From Octopus vulgaris (Eukaryota): DNA of 64,000 nt. Shown piece by piece: positions 36,028 through 48,604 of the stretch. Where the stretch lies: positions 128,340,001 to 128,404,000 of the forward strand of contig OX597814.1 of assembly GCA_951406725.2 (NCBI GenBank), given 5' to 3'. A program made the translations under genes and the position numbers. Under the pieces are notes generated by a model. That model searched no databases. It was not told where the DNA came from and saw only the letters and a list, made by a program, of their open reading frames with translations. Position 1 is the first letter of the stretch. Every line of letters starts with the position of its first letter.

Positions 36028-37110
36028 AAACATTTAACTGAAATATCTATTATCAAACACAAATATATTTATTACGAGCAAAACGCCCCTGCCCCGTCCA
36101 ATGGACGGTGCTGAATCATATCTGCTGAATAAAAAGCAATCAGTGTTTTCTTTTCATTAAAAAATAATTAAGCATGCCTTTATTTCAATAAAATTTTTGG
36201 TTTTGTTAAACGAAGTTAAGGTAAAAAAAACTTCTTGAGAAACCAAATAGTCTTTCCTTTCTTCATGCCAAATTTGAAGAAAATATCTCTTTTGCATCTT
36301 ACATTTTTGGTCTCTTAAATATACTGCATTTTGTGGCATTATTTCAAGCCAGCCGGCTTTTTTTATGCAAACTGCACGTGCATTTTTCTCGCGTACGCGT
36401 AGTATCGATCGAAACAGCTTGCGCGTACAAATGCACGTTTCCACGGCTTTATCGATCGCATTCTCGCCTGGAATCGATTTTTGTAATTTTTTCAAGACTT
36501 ATAAACGCCCTGATACCGTCGGTATCTACATATCAAATTTGAGCGCAATCGGATGGCGGATGCCCGAGATCCTAGAAGACACACACACACAGACAGACAG
36601 GGCGCATTTTAGATAATAGATTGGTCATTTACAATTACTAACATAAATAATTACATACTGGGAGAGAGACAACTGCTCTTAAATCACAGGAAGCTATCTG
36701 TATAGCAACATGTTGTCGGCCCGACGTATACGAAATCACTGCACTCTCTTCGTGGCGGCAGAGGTGCTTGGTTATCTGCCTTAGGCCGTCTGCGATGGCA
36801 AGAATGGAAGCGCTTGTGATCCGCTCCTTTTTACCTTCTGCAAAGAGATGAAACGCCAAAGCGGCATTTACAAACGGTACAAGATGAACATCCACGAAAC
36901 TACATTATGCCACTTCTTCGTGTTGATTAGTTGCTTAATAGAAAGATCACGTGAAGCTATTGTGGTTCGCTCATGGCGTCTGACCAGTTAGCTATACGTC
37001 CCTTTAGCTGTTATCTCTCTCCCTGTATGTAATTATTAATGTTAGTAAATTGTAAATGACGAACAATAAATATATTTGTGCCCGATAATAGATATTTCAG
37101 TTAAACGTTT
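36028..37110. mobile_element. Long-TIR non-autonomous DNA transposon inside a family B SINE; left TIR split by a Helitron
   Basis: 36028-36074 plus 36621-36680 is the reverse complement of about 37000-37110. Confidence 0.75.
36075..36620 (-). mobile_element. Non-autonomous Helitron with a CTCG 3' end
   Basis: A|TCTATTATCTAAAA 5' end; hairpin ccgtccattggacgg, then CTCG|T; same family as 63823-64000. Confidence 0.75.
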
Positions 37111-37360
37111 ACGGGTTTGGTTTCAAAGAGCAGTAGAATAAATACTTGACTTTAAAAAAAACTAAAGTACTGGGGTCGATTTGTTCTACTAAACTCTTTA
37201 GCATGGCCGCAGTTCAATAGCTAAAACAAGTAAAATATAACCCGGCCTTGCCCGGGATTAAGTTACGACTATTAAGCTAATCAAGTTCTTTATTTCAAAC
37301 CAAACTAATATAGACGTCAAATTTGGGCGAAATCCGTTGAAATTAGTTCTATTATATATA

Positions 37361-37875
37361 TCTATATATATAAAACTGTAGTTGTGTTAGTGTCTGTCCC
37401 CTTCGATTTAGATTCCTAACTCCTCCCACATTTTGCGGTGCAGTTTAACCAAATTCGGGTATCTTATAGTCGTGATTAATATCGAGCCCGTCTGGCTATT
37501 AGCGCGCGTCTACGATGAGTCTACGATTTTAAAAATAATTTAACATCATTTTTTATTCCATTTTAATGCATAATTTTTCGTGTGTCGATGGCGGCGGAGT
37601 TGGCGTCCACGCTCAAACACCTGCACCTGTGTTTGCTTCTCCCCCTTCTTCCCTCCCTCGTGAAGCTGTGGGGTAGGGAGTTTAAGGAAATCAACGTCGT
37701 AATGCGTTGTCAAGGAGACCAGCATTCTTTTAGAACAACGACTTCATGGCTTGAAGACACCAAAACAAATGGCTAAGAAAGCCCGAATTGGCATCTATAA
37801 GGGAAGTAACTCTCTAAAAATGCTTATATAGTTATTTCCCTTACAAACCCGAGCAACGCCGGGCGATACTGCTAG
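37361..37875 (+). mobile_element. Non-autonomous Helitron
   Basis: A|TCTATATATATAAAA ... cccgagcaacgccggg cgatactg CTAG|T. Confidence 0.85.
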
Positions 37876-38070
37876 TATAATATAAATATATATGGGCAAC
37901 AGACACGAACACGCATACACACACGTACGTACGTACACCTATTGCATGTTTTGTGCACGCATACATGTTCATAAACAGAAATGAATGCAAAAAATGTTGT
38001 TAAATTTGTAGATTAACACTCGTACAATTTTCACTAAGAAAAAAAAATCCTTTTTTTTGCATGGAATCAA

Positions 38071-38747
38071 CTACTCTGGCCTCAAAACCCTTTTTGTGGT
38101 CCGTGAAACGGAGTGGGGTGTGGTGGAAGCCTCGCAAATTGTACCCATTTATACTGTGTAATTCACTGACAAATTGTTACTCACCTCTTTGTTTCTTTGT
38201 TGTTAAATAAATGGATTGTGAACAAAACACTTTTTTACTTGGCGTAAAATAAAAACAAAACTCTTTCGCACCCAAAGTAATGCGTGTGAGAGAGAGGGGG
38301 GGGGGAGAAAGATAAACGATTTAAAATAAATAAATGATTTAAAATAAATATATTGTAATTGTTGTGCGAGAAAGTATATATACTATGATTATAAAATATA
38401 GTGTGCCTTTCAAAAACAAAAAACAAAACATTTTACATTTTATTTATGAACGTAGTCACTTACTCTCTCTCTCCCTCTCTCACTTTGTCTTTCCCGTGAA
38501 ACTCTCTGCCTCCTTCTTCCACTTTTCTTTATCTTTTTATTTTGCTAGACGCCATCAAAAAGCAATGGCTGATATTTGTTATGGTTAAAAGCTATGGTTG
38601 AAAATGGTTGAAAATAGATTTTTACCCTATCCGCGGGTGCCTCGGGAAAAAAATAAGTTGACAAAACCCAGATAGGGTGTTGACAAATGTCTTCCTAAAT
38701 TTGAGCGACATGCGTGCTAATTTGTGGACGTGCATAAATTACAATCA

Positions 38748-38784
<37 letters not shown>

Positions 38785-38804
38785 CCTCCCTTTTATAGAT
38801 ATGA
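38071..38804 (-). mobile_element. Possible degenerate Helitron
   Basis: 5' tcatatctataaaag followed by (TG)n, as in the other Helitrons; ccgtttcacgg hairpin near a gtag|t end. Confidence 0.35.
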
Positions 38805-40280
38805 TATTTATATGTATATGTCATTGTGTTTGTGCATCCCCCGACTGCTAGACAATCGATGTTAATTTATTTACATGTTCATAACATAGCGGTTTGGGAT
38901 AATAGCATAAGCAACAGTCTTAAGAATAAGTAATAGAGTTGATTGTTCAATCAAGCCCTTATAATATTGGTTTCAAATTTTGGCACAAAGCCAACAATTT
39001 CGGGGGAGGGTAAGTCGATTACATCGTCCCTCGTACTCAACTGATACTTATTTTATCAATCCCGAAAAGATGAAAGGCTAAGTTGACCTCGGTGGTATTT
39101 GATCTCAAAACGTAAAACTGGACGAAATGCCGCTAAGTATTTTCCCTGGAATGCTAAACATTCTACCAGCTCGCCAACTTAAAGATTTTTCATAATATCG
39201 GTAAACTACGGCCCGCGGCTTCATTTCATCCGGCTTGCTGATTTTATTTTCTCATTTGTCTTTGATGAGAGAAAATAAATTACTATATGAAATAGATTAA
39301 AAGTACCATTTTTGTACTGGACCCAAATGAATCAACGCTTTACACAAATACAAAACACAAAAGTGATATTCTTTAACTCGGTTAATAAAAAAAAATGGAA
39401 GTTTGCCTCCGGTGTGATATTTTATGCAGTAAATATTTTAAAAGAATGTACCTAAATAACTGGCATAACAGGAAGTAATGGTGTCTCTTACATTGTTGAA
39501 TTAAAGTTTTAAATGTATAACTGAAAGGATAAAAGCAAAGTCGACCCCAGCGAAATTTCAACACAAACGTATAGACGGAAGAAATGCTGATGGGCGGCAT
39601 TTGACCGGCGTGCTAACGACTCCGCCAGCTCCCGCCTTAAAAGTATGCAAAAATAATGATAGTAAAAGTAATTAATGGACAATTCTAGAGTGCTGACTAG
39701 ATACTAATAAATCAGTGGGTGTTAACCTGAGCAGTAACACCTCCTTGATCGCGTTGTTAGCTTACAAGTGGGCGGTAGTTCTCAAAAGGAGGTTGGCAAA
39801 ATAGAAATAAGCACTGCGTGTTTAAAGGCTTGTGGCTTTTCTGAAAAATAACAGATCTAAACCAAGTACTTCGCTTACATTTTAAACAAATTTTCCATAA
39901 GTCTTTGTCAAAATAAGAATATGAGTATGACACTGTGTTGCCAGAGAGCAGAAACATGACAGAGGGTGCGCAAAAGTTCATCAGAATTTCATTATTTAAA
40001 CCTGCCTTTAAGGCGGCAAACTGGCAGAATTGTTGGAGTGTTGGGAAAATGATTTGCAGTATTTATTCGATTTTTTACATTCTGAGTTCAAATCCCACCA
40101 GAATCAGCTTCGCCTTCCATCCTTTCGGGGTCAATAGAATAAAGTACCCATCAAGTACGGGGGTCGATGGCTGCGAGAAACCCTTCTCCATAAATTTGCT
40201 GACTTTGTGCCTAAGTTAGAAGTTATATAAGTCTTCGTCTTCTTGTGTAACTTTTATAGAATTTAACATTGGAAATACAA

Positions 40281-40445
40281 CAGTGGCGTAGCTAGGATGT
40301 GTGCCGCCGGAGGCGGCTCTTGAGTTTACCCTCTCTACGGAATCCTGCCTTTATACAAGCTTATGCAGCACCCAAAAATTCCACCCTACAAAAAGGCATC
40401 TCCCGGAGATGAATGCCCTCTCAACCCTTCCCAGTTAGATTATTG
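40281..40445 (+). mobile_element. hAT-like MITE remnant
   Basis: cagtggcgtagctagg left terminus; the right terminus is decayed. Confidence 0.4.
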
Positions 40446-40691
40446 GGGTATTGGATCTTCGGAAATATCAAAAAGGAACAAAGAGGCACATACTGTATGG
40501 AATAGGAGTAGTAAACAATACGAATCTGAATTACCGTGCGGCATTAGTTTTTGTTTTTACTTTATTTTATTTTATTTTATTTTCAAAACATGGGAAAGGA
40601 TATTTGCTGAACGCCATTCGGTGAAAATTGGTGTTGAGCTACAGAAGGCTGAAAACGACTGCTATAAAGCATATAATATATCGAGAGGATT

Positions 40692-40876
40692 CTTTTACTT
40701 GTTTCAGTCATTTGACTACGGCCAAGCTGGAGCATCGCCTTTAGTCGAGCAAATCGACCCCAGGGCTTATTCTTTGTAAGCCTAGTACTTATTCTATCGG
40801 GCGCTTTTGCCGAACCGCTAAGTTACGGGGACGCAAATATACCAGCATCGGTTGTCAAGCGATGTTGGGGGGACAA

Positions 40877-40945
<69 letters not shown>

Positions 40946-41087
40946 CATATACGACGGGCTTCTTTCAGTTTCCGTCTATCAAATCCATTTACAAGGCTTT
41001 GGTCGGCCCGAGGCTATAGTAGAAGACACTTGCCCAAGGTGCCACGTAGTGGGACTGAACCCGGAACCACGTGGTTGGTAAGCAAGC
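40692..41087 (-). mobile_element. Family B SINE with internal (CA)n(TA)n
   Basis: Complete module order; matches 51326-51726 and 59656-60072. Confidence 0.9.
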
Positions 41088-41437
41088 TAGTTCTGCGCCT
41101 ATATGTTGAAAGAATTATTATATTTATTATTATTGTTGAGGCGCCGAGCTGTGTATGTTGCATCTGTTTCTTTCTGTTTCTGTTGCATCTGCATTTCAAA
41201 GGGCTAGCCTTGTCACACTCTGTGTCACGTTGAATCTCCCCGAGAACTACCTTATGGATACATTTGTCTGTGGAGTGCTCAGCTACTTGCACGTTAATTT
41301 CACGAGCAGGCTGTTTCGTTGATTGGATCAACTGGAACCCTCGTCGTCGTAACCGACGGAGTGCAGGAGTAATTCTGGCCATGCCAAGGTGGCAAACCTT
41401 TTGTAACAGTTCTACGGGGCACTCAATTCCAATTTCC

Positions 41438-41513
<76 letters not shown>

Positions 41514-41516
<3 letters not shown>

Positions 41517-41697
41517 TAGTTTTATTTTTATAGCGTGCTTTCACTTCACTACCGAGCGCAGCTCTGTGTGCCTTGGGTATGTGCTGTGATTTGTTGTGAT
41601 GCTCTGATGGTTACTGTATGGAAAGTGTTCTGCGTAGGATGTGTGCAGTACCTAGTAGTGCAATTTTCTGTATGTTATATGTGTTTGTAAGTCCTGG

Positions 41698-41700
<3 letters not shown>
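41514..41700 (-). mobile_element. 5'-truncated R4/Dong-like element within (TTA)n
   Basis: Near-identical to 47116-47302; (TTA)n on both sides. Confidence 0.9.
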
Positions 41701-41751
<51 letters not shown>

Positions 41752-42129
41752 CATTAAGGTAGTGAATCAGTAGAATCATCAGAGCGTCGGAAACAATACT
41801 TAGCGGTATTTCTTCCAGCTCATTACGTTCTGAGTTCAAATCTTGCTAAGGTCAACCCCGCTTTTTATCCTTTTGAAGTTGACGAAATAAGGTACTAGTG
41901 AAGAACCGATATTGACTTGTCTTTGTGACATAGTTTGAAGAGGTGAGGAGTGTCGATGTATCCAGGAAAGGCACGTGATTGGATGAGGTCTCAATGGATA
42001 TTCAGATCTTAAAGATCCCTAAAGAACGTTGGACAATACTAGAACGCTGTCCCACGATGGTGCAAAAGGAAAGACAGTGACTATAATAGTACAAGCCAGG
42101 AAGCTGAGTTGCTACATATGTATCATCAT

Positions 42130-42170
<41 letters not shown>

Positions 42171-43163
42171 GTAGCAGTAGTAGTAGTAGTAAATATAATT
42201 TGAAACGTTTGTGTTCACAAAGTAAAAAAGAGCAACAGCAGAACCATTGACAACAAGTCCTATAAAACGCTGCTATTTTCGAAGCATACTGGTCGAAGTA
42301 GCGGAGTCACAGAACTACACCACCCCAGTATCAAACGCTAACCAGGTGACTCCTACCTTGACCACAGGCTGAAGTAGCTATGATAGGGAGATGGGGAAAG
42401 AATTTTAACCATAGAAGCAAAAAATAGTAGTAGATCTCAATTTCCAGAGCACCAAGGATCGCAGTCCTGGAGACGGCATGAGAAGTCACCTTGTAATTCT
42501 AGAAACTTACGACAAAGCAGTGTCTCCATACCATAACCAACTGCACTACCGAATCGTCTTGTGGCGCGGAAGAAGTGATAATTCTTGAAAATGAGTTTTT
42601 GATTGCCAGACCGGGCGATGCGTTGCGCTCGTATATGCAAGTATATTTCTAGTGATTAGGGTGTTGCACTTACGATCGATGCGTTGTACTAAAGAGAATG
42701 AAGAAAAAAAAAAAAACGAATGAGAAGCCCTCGCAGAAGACAAGGGGAAAAAATCGGAGGAGCCCTCACCTCAGGAGGTTGTTGACGGCGAAGACAACAA
42801 TAAAAGACGTGACTAGTAGATACTATCTGTATGTTATAAATCACGGAAAACCAATTAGAGCTGAAATATGGGACTTCCGTAATTGTCACATCAAGGATGT
42901 TGCCTAAACATATTAAGCATGGAAGACGAATCAGAGCCAATGTATAGAAGTTCCGGGATTAACACATCTGGTATTTTGCCTAGTTGTATTAATCACGGAA
43001 AACCAATTAGAAATGAAATACTGAAATTCAAATGATAGACACTTGGCAAAAATATGAGACGGAGGTGTCTGAAAGAGTGCATATATATATTTGTATCAAA
43101 TGTTACAAGCGTAGGAGCACAAGCAACTTTAGAGTTTTAGAGCCCTGTGGAAGGAACGCATTA

Positions 43164-43395
43164 TATTTCTTTACTGCTCACAAGGGGCTAAACATAGAGG
43201 GGACGAACAAGGACAGACAAACGGATTAAGTCGATTACATCGACCCCAGTGCGAAACTGGTACTTATTTAATCGACCCCGAAAGGATGAAAGGCAAAGTC
43301 GACGTCGGCGGAATTTGAACTCAGAACGTAACGGCAGACGAAATACCGCAAAGCATTTCGCCCGGCGTGCTAACGTTTCTGCCAGCTTGCCGCCT
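43164..43395 (-). mobile_element. Family A SINE
   Basis: TSD tgtggaa(g/a)gaacg(c/t)atta. Confidence 0.9.
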
Positions 43396-43534
43396 TGTGG
43401 AAAGAACGTATTACCGTCTCTCCCTGGTTCCAGCACTCACAGCGCAAAAACATCAACAACAGTAACTGTAATTCTTGAAGCGGCATCAGCACAACACCAA
43501 TAACAATTCAGCTAGCTCGCCGCCTTTCTGTTAT

Positions 43535-44817
43535 AGGTCGTTAAGAGGCAACCTTGCTTCCAATTTGAACTCAGGCCGCCCACATTTAAACAGCCAAGTT
43601 TAAGCGAGAGCATAGAAAAGGATCAACTTACTGATTTGAGAGGAGGGTAGACGTTACACCCTCCTCTTTCTTTTGGTGTTGTGTCTTTTCGCGGTGATGC
43701 AGATGTGGTCTTATCCGGTGGTGTATCTGTCTTGTTTTGGTGGGCGTTTTCCTTTTCCTTTCCTTTCGGGCATTCTGCCCTAATGTGGCCTTTCTCACCA
43801 TACTTATAACATCTGGGTCTACGCCCCTCGACCGAGACCTTAAGGTTCGTGTCTTCCCCAATTACGATAGAATTGGGGATTGCCTCAAGGTCGAGGGGCG
43901 TGGCTTGAATTGTGAGCTCCAAACGCTTGGCCGATCCAGTTTTGGTGCTTAAATCTTGTGGCCTGGAGGATGATTTTCTCCTCCAGGCCCGTAATAATGG
44001 CTGCCACCAGCCACGCCACATTGGTTTCAAGTGGCATTTCTTCCACCCTTACCTTGGAGGTCCTTGTTCCAAGGTAAGTTGGCAGGAGAACCACTTCAGC
44101 AGATTTCAGGGTAACTGTGGAGTGCTCCCTAGCCTTTTCTTCGCAAGGGAAACGGACTTCCACAGTCCCGAATCATCTACCTCTGGCGACGTACGTGGTT
44201 TCCTGCCATATTGGTTGCAGGCACTTCTCGATGGCATCTTTTGACACGAAGTCAATTTTTTAATTTTTGACGTGAAACGTCTTGTATATGAGGGTTTTCT
44301 TTTCGGTGGTATGTATAATTTCACTCAGAGGGACCACTTTTACGTTGTATCCTTCCTTGTGAATCAGTCCTTTGTATTTCTGCAACTCTTCCTTATTTAT
44401 ATCTAAGTTTTCACTTGCATGGGTTGCTGCAGCAGCAAAGTTAGACTTTGGTTTTTCAGCCTGTTTTCCACACATAGTGGTATTTTTTGTTTTCACAACA
44501 GATACACATTCCGCTTGTTAATCCAGGCATGTTTTTGTCAGACGTTATCACAAGCATGTCGATAATCTCCTCCGACGTATTTTCCAGCAAAGCTTGCATT
44601 AAAATATCACAATTTTCCTCCGCAGAGGATGTTGAAATTGGCGACAGTTCCATAAATAATAATTTTCTTTCCCCAAGGGAGAAACACACACACAAATCTG
44701 CTTTACCAGCAGAAAACAAGTAGTTTCACGACTAAAAGCAGTTCAACAATAGCAATACACAATTCAAAAGTACAACCAAGCTTCACACGGAGCGAGTCAA
44801 AAACACGTCTGTACACT
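43535..44817 (-). mobile_element. 5' part of an L1/Tx1-like LINE: 5' UTR, frameshifted ORF1 with a zinc knuckle, and the start of ORF2 (APE)
   Basis: RCYKYGEKGHIRAECP (decayed CCHC knuckle); ATG at 43613 gives MLSLKLGCLNVGGL, like the APE N-terminal LNVxGL motif. Confidence 0.8.
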
Positions 44818-44944
44818 AAAGAAGAGTGCGACTATTATCGAATGAACAATATTTCGATATCTCGTGTGTCTTCCACAGGTTCGAAATAAACAACTCAAAC
44901 TACTTCAATCCTTTTAAAAATATAATAATAATAATAATAATAAT

Positions 44945-46321
44945 TAATTCTTTTATTGGCCACAAAGGCTGACAAAAATTATTTAGATCATAAAGGGACA
45001 AAACAAGACGAAAGGTTACAAAGGGTTTTGTCCGTTTGTAAAAAGCAGTGTAACAACGAAAAATTATAACAACGAAAAACTCCCAATAGGAGGGCGTTAC
45101 GAAAGGTTCCTGGTGGAAAAACCCATAAAAGCCAACGGGAGCCTGGTCAAAAGGTGGGTAGAGAGCCCATTTCTCCTTTTGTAATACCTTTTTCTTACAG
45201 GTGTATCCTCAGAATGGCTCCTTTCATTCTGGCCATTCTTGCGACATTTATCCACCTTTCAGTAAACTTGCTATCGGACAGCACTTCCCTCTCTACTCTC
45301 ACCTTCCTTTTCAAGTGAAACTTGAAAAAGTTGATGAGGCCTGGGCCAAAGAGGAAAGTGTCTGACCTTAGCCGTTTCAAACGGGTCCACCATACCACCT
45401 GTTTCGCTACAGCCACTAGGCAAAGGAACACTGCCTTGCCCTCCTGGTTAAAGGAGATCGGCGGGGCAATCTTCACTATGGATTCAGCTGATAGCCGGAT
45501 CCGTCCTATATGCAACAGTAGCTGTTCGACATAAACCCATAATTCAGCAAAACTCGGACACTGGACGAGTGCGTGCAGAACGGTTTCGTCGTCCTGGCAG
45601 CACCTCGGGCAGGCCCGGCTGACGGCACTTCCGTGCCGGTAGAGTTTATCTCGAACAGGCAGAGCCCCTCGGTAACACTGCCAGGCGAGGGACCTCTGGA
45701 AATTATCCATTGGCCCCGGCCCGAAAGTCCTCCCGAACAGACTGCTCAGCTGGTTATCGTCAACGCCTAGAGTTTCCCCGACGTCGTCGCACTTTTCTTC
45801 CTATATAGAACCCTCTATAGAACGCTAGAGTGGAACTACTACCGATCGCATTGCCCGCTTGGCGGAGGGCGGAGAGAGCTAGACGGCACTCGAGGTGCCA
45901 AGCGCCCTTTCTCGGTCTGCGTTTGATCCAGGTTTGCAGCTCTGTCAAAGAGACGAGCTGCGGAAAGTCGCGTCTGACGAAAGACGACTACACCTGTTCA
46001 CCGTCTAGGAAACGCTTGAGATGCCGTAGCCTGAGCGCATGTTTGCGCATCAGTAACCACGGCATGCCAAGGCCTCCGTTCAGCCGTCGTTGACAGCAGA
46101 TGGATCGCCTGACCAGTGGTACCTGATCCTTCCACAAAAAGTCGAAGAGCAAGTGTACCAGCTTGGCCAACCAGCGGTCGGGACAAGGGACGACGGTCAA
46201 GTGGTAATAGATGACGGATGCGATGTACGCATTCGCCACCTCCGCTCGACCTTTCAGGGACAGCTTCCTCTCAGCCCATTTCTGGGTGAGATTGGCCACC
46301 CTGCTCGTCACTTCTTCCCAG
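44945..46321 (-). mobile_element. 5'-truncated L1/Tx1-like LINE (ORF2 C-terminus and 3' UTR)
   Basis: RKLSLKGRAEVAN, GGLGMP, LPVRDKL...CPRC..DDETVLHALVQC (zf-RVT); AATAAA then a (TTA)n tail. Confidence 0.92.
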
Positions 46322-46352
46322 AATAATAATAATGATGATGATGATGATGATG

Positions 46353-46396
<44 letters not shown>
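46322..46396. repeat. (AAT)n/(GAT)n microsatellite
   Basis: Direct observation. Confidence 0.95.
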
Positions 46397-46398
<2 letters not shown>

Positions 46399-46828
46399 CA
46401 CAGATTTGCTTGTCAGTTGTTTGACCTTAACCAGTTTAGCATGTCCCTTAGTGGCGGACGATATGTGCATCTCTGATCACGAGTAGAAGTAGTAGGGGAG
46501 CATCATAGCCATGTGTTGAGAGGGATTCTTTGGGGTTTGAATAATTCACCTCTGGAAACATGGGTGGTTCTTTCAACATCCTTAAACAACCCTTATTCAG
46601 GGACCTTTTGAGCGGGATGGGCTACTCAACCTGAAGAAAATTCTAACTGGGCCCCACCTGCAAGGTCATGTGCTGTTTATCTTGATATGAGATCACCATG
46701 TCGCGCACATATGGTTGTGATGCATGTGCCTGGTGTACCCTTATCAGACGGGTAGTCATGATGGGTATATTGGGCTTCGTATATTTTACCCCAGTGTCAC
46801 TTTGATGGCATGCACTGCTCTCTCACTC
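46397..46828 (+). mobile_element. Non-coding insertion bounded by (AAT)n, probably the 3' UTR of another AAT-targeting retroelement
   Basis: Sharp (AAT)n boundaries on both sides, no ORF, composition distinct from flanks; the strand is inferred. Confidence 0.5.
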
Positions 46829-46842
46829 AATAATAATAATAA

Positions 46843-47299
46843 CTCTGAGATATGCCAATACACACAGATAGAGAAATTAAAGCCAACAGACCAGATATAG
46901 TTGTCAGAGATCATGAAGAAAAAAAATGTTTCCTAATTGATGTATCAATACCAGCGGATGACAACGTGTCTCTAAAAGAAATGGGGAAACTTTCAAAATA
47001 CAAAGACCTGGAAATAGAGGTAACCAGAATGTGGAATCTAAAAACAGAAACAATTCCTATCATAATAGGTGCATTAGGCATGATAAAAAAATATTCAGAC
47101 AAATACATAACAAAAACACCAGGACTTACAAACACATATAACAAACAGAAAATTGCACTACTAGGCACTGCACACATCCTACGCAGAACACTTTCCATAC
47201 AGTAACCATCAGAGCATCACAACAAATCACAGCACATACCCAAGGCACACAGAGCTGCGCTCGGTAGTGAAGTGAAAACACGCTATAAAAATAAAACTA

Positions 47300-47302
<3 letters not shown>
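46843..47302 (+). mobile_element. 5'-truncated R4/Dong-clade retrotransposon (restriction-like endonuclease domain and 3' UTR)
   Basis: ORF 46852-47205: RPDIVV...LIDVSIP.D...KLSKYKDL...W...IPIIIGALG; (AAT)n on both sides. Confidence 0.9.
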
Positions 47303-47368
<66 letters not shown>

Positions 47369-47582
47369 CCATTCTACTATAGGCACAAGGCCTGAAATTT
47401 GGAGGAGGGATAGTACACAACTGGTACTTATTTTATCGACCCCGAAAGGATGAAAGGTAAAGTCGACCTGGGCGAAATTTGAACTCAGAACATGAAGGCG
47501 GATGAAATACCGCCAAGCATTTCGTCCGGCTTCCTAACGATTCTGTCAGCTCGTTGCCTTAATAACAATAATAATGATAATA

Positions 47583-47634
<52 letters not shown>

Positions 47635-47682
47635 CGATGATGATGATGACGATGAAGATGACGATGATGATGATGATGATGA
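47303..47682. repeat. (AAT)n and (GAT)n tracts around a family A SINE (about 47370-47560, minus)
   Basis: Direct observation. Confidence 0.9.
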
Positions 47683-47829
47683 AGGGGGACAATACAGAGA
47701 TAGACATAAAATGTGGAGGTTTACATACTATAATGAAATGATAAAAAAAAAGGAAGTATACACGGTATACACTGATATAGAAATGACATGCTTAGCTTAC
47801 AAAGGTAAAAATATGAAAAAAGTGGCGGG

Positions 47830-48502
47830 GAAGATGATAGTGATATGACCCTCCTGATACAGGAAGGCCTTTAGGGATAATCGAGGAACCCCACTGTCCG
47901 AGATTTCCCTGAAACCCCAGGAGCAAGTGCCCTCTCCAATTCCTTCTCTCTGACTCACAGGTCTACACTTAGAGAGGTGCCATCCACTCTTGCCATTTCC
48001 ACAATTTTCACCCACCTTTCGATAAATTCACTCGAGGATGGCACTTCCTTCTCCACTCTCAATTTTCTATTCAAGTGAAACTTCAAAAAGTCAGTGAGAG
48101 CTCCACCAAAGAGGAAGTATCTGTCCTCATGCCTTTCAGTCTTGTCCACCAACAATCTCTTTTGCCACAGCCACCAGGCAAAGCAAAACTGCCTTGCTTG
48201 CCCGATTGAAACAGCGGTGGTGCGATCATCACTACAGACTCAGCTGACATACAGTTCCGTCTCACACGTGACAGCAGCTGTTCAACATAACCCCACAATC
48301 AGCAATGTGCGCACACTAAACGAGGGCGTGCAGAACGGTCTCGTCTTTCTGCGTGCACCTTGGACAAATCCGTCTAACAGCACATCCGTGTCTGAAGAGC
48401 TTATCTCAAACTGGTAGCACCTCCTGGTAGCACTGCCAGGCCAAGGATATCTGGAAATTATCCATGATAGTTCCCGACCGGAAAGTCCTCCGGAACAGAC
48501 TA

Positions 48503-48503
<1 letters not shown>
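47830..48503 (-). mobile_element. L1/Tx1-like LINE 3' fragment, degraded
   Basis: WGYVEQLLSRV..., FLKFHLNRKLRVEKE; homologous to 45195-45710. Confidence 0.85.
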
Positions 48504-48555
<52 letters not shown>

Positions 48556-48570
48556 GAGAGAGAGAGAGAG

Positions 48571-48604
<34 letters not shown>

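Noticed and set aside
47492-47848. Poly-Asp ORF, and the poly-Glu/Lys ORFs at 32.0-32.2 kb
   Set aside because: They are (GAT)n and (TTC)n microsatellites read in frame with SINE or flanking sequence.
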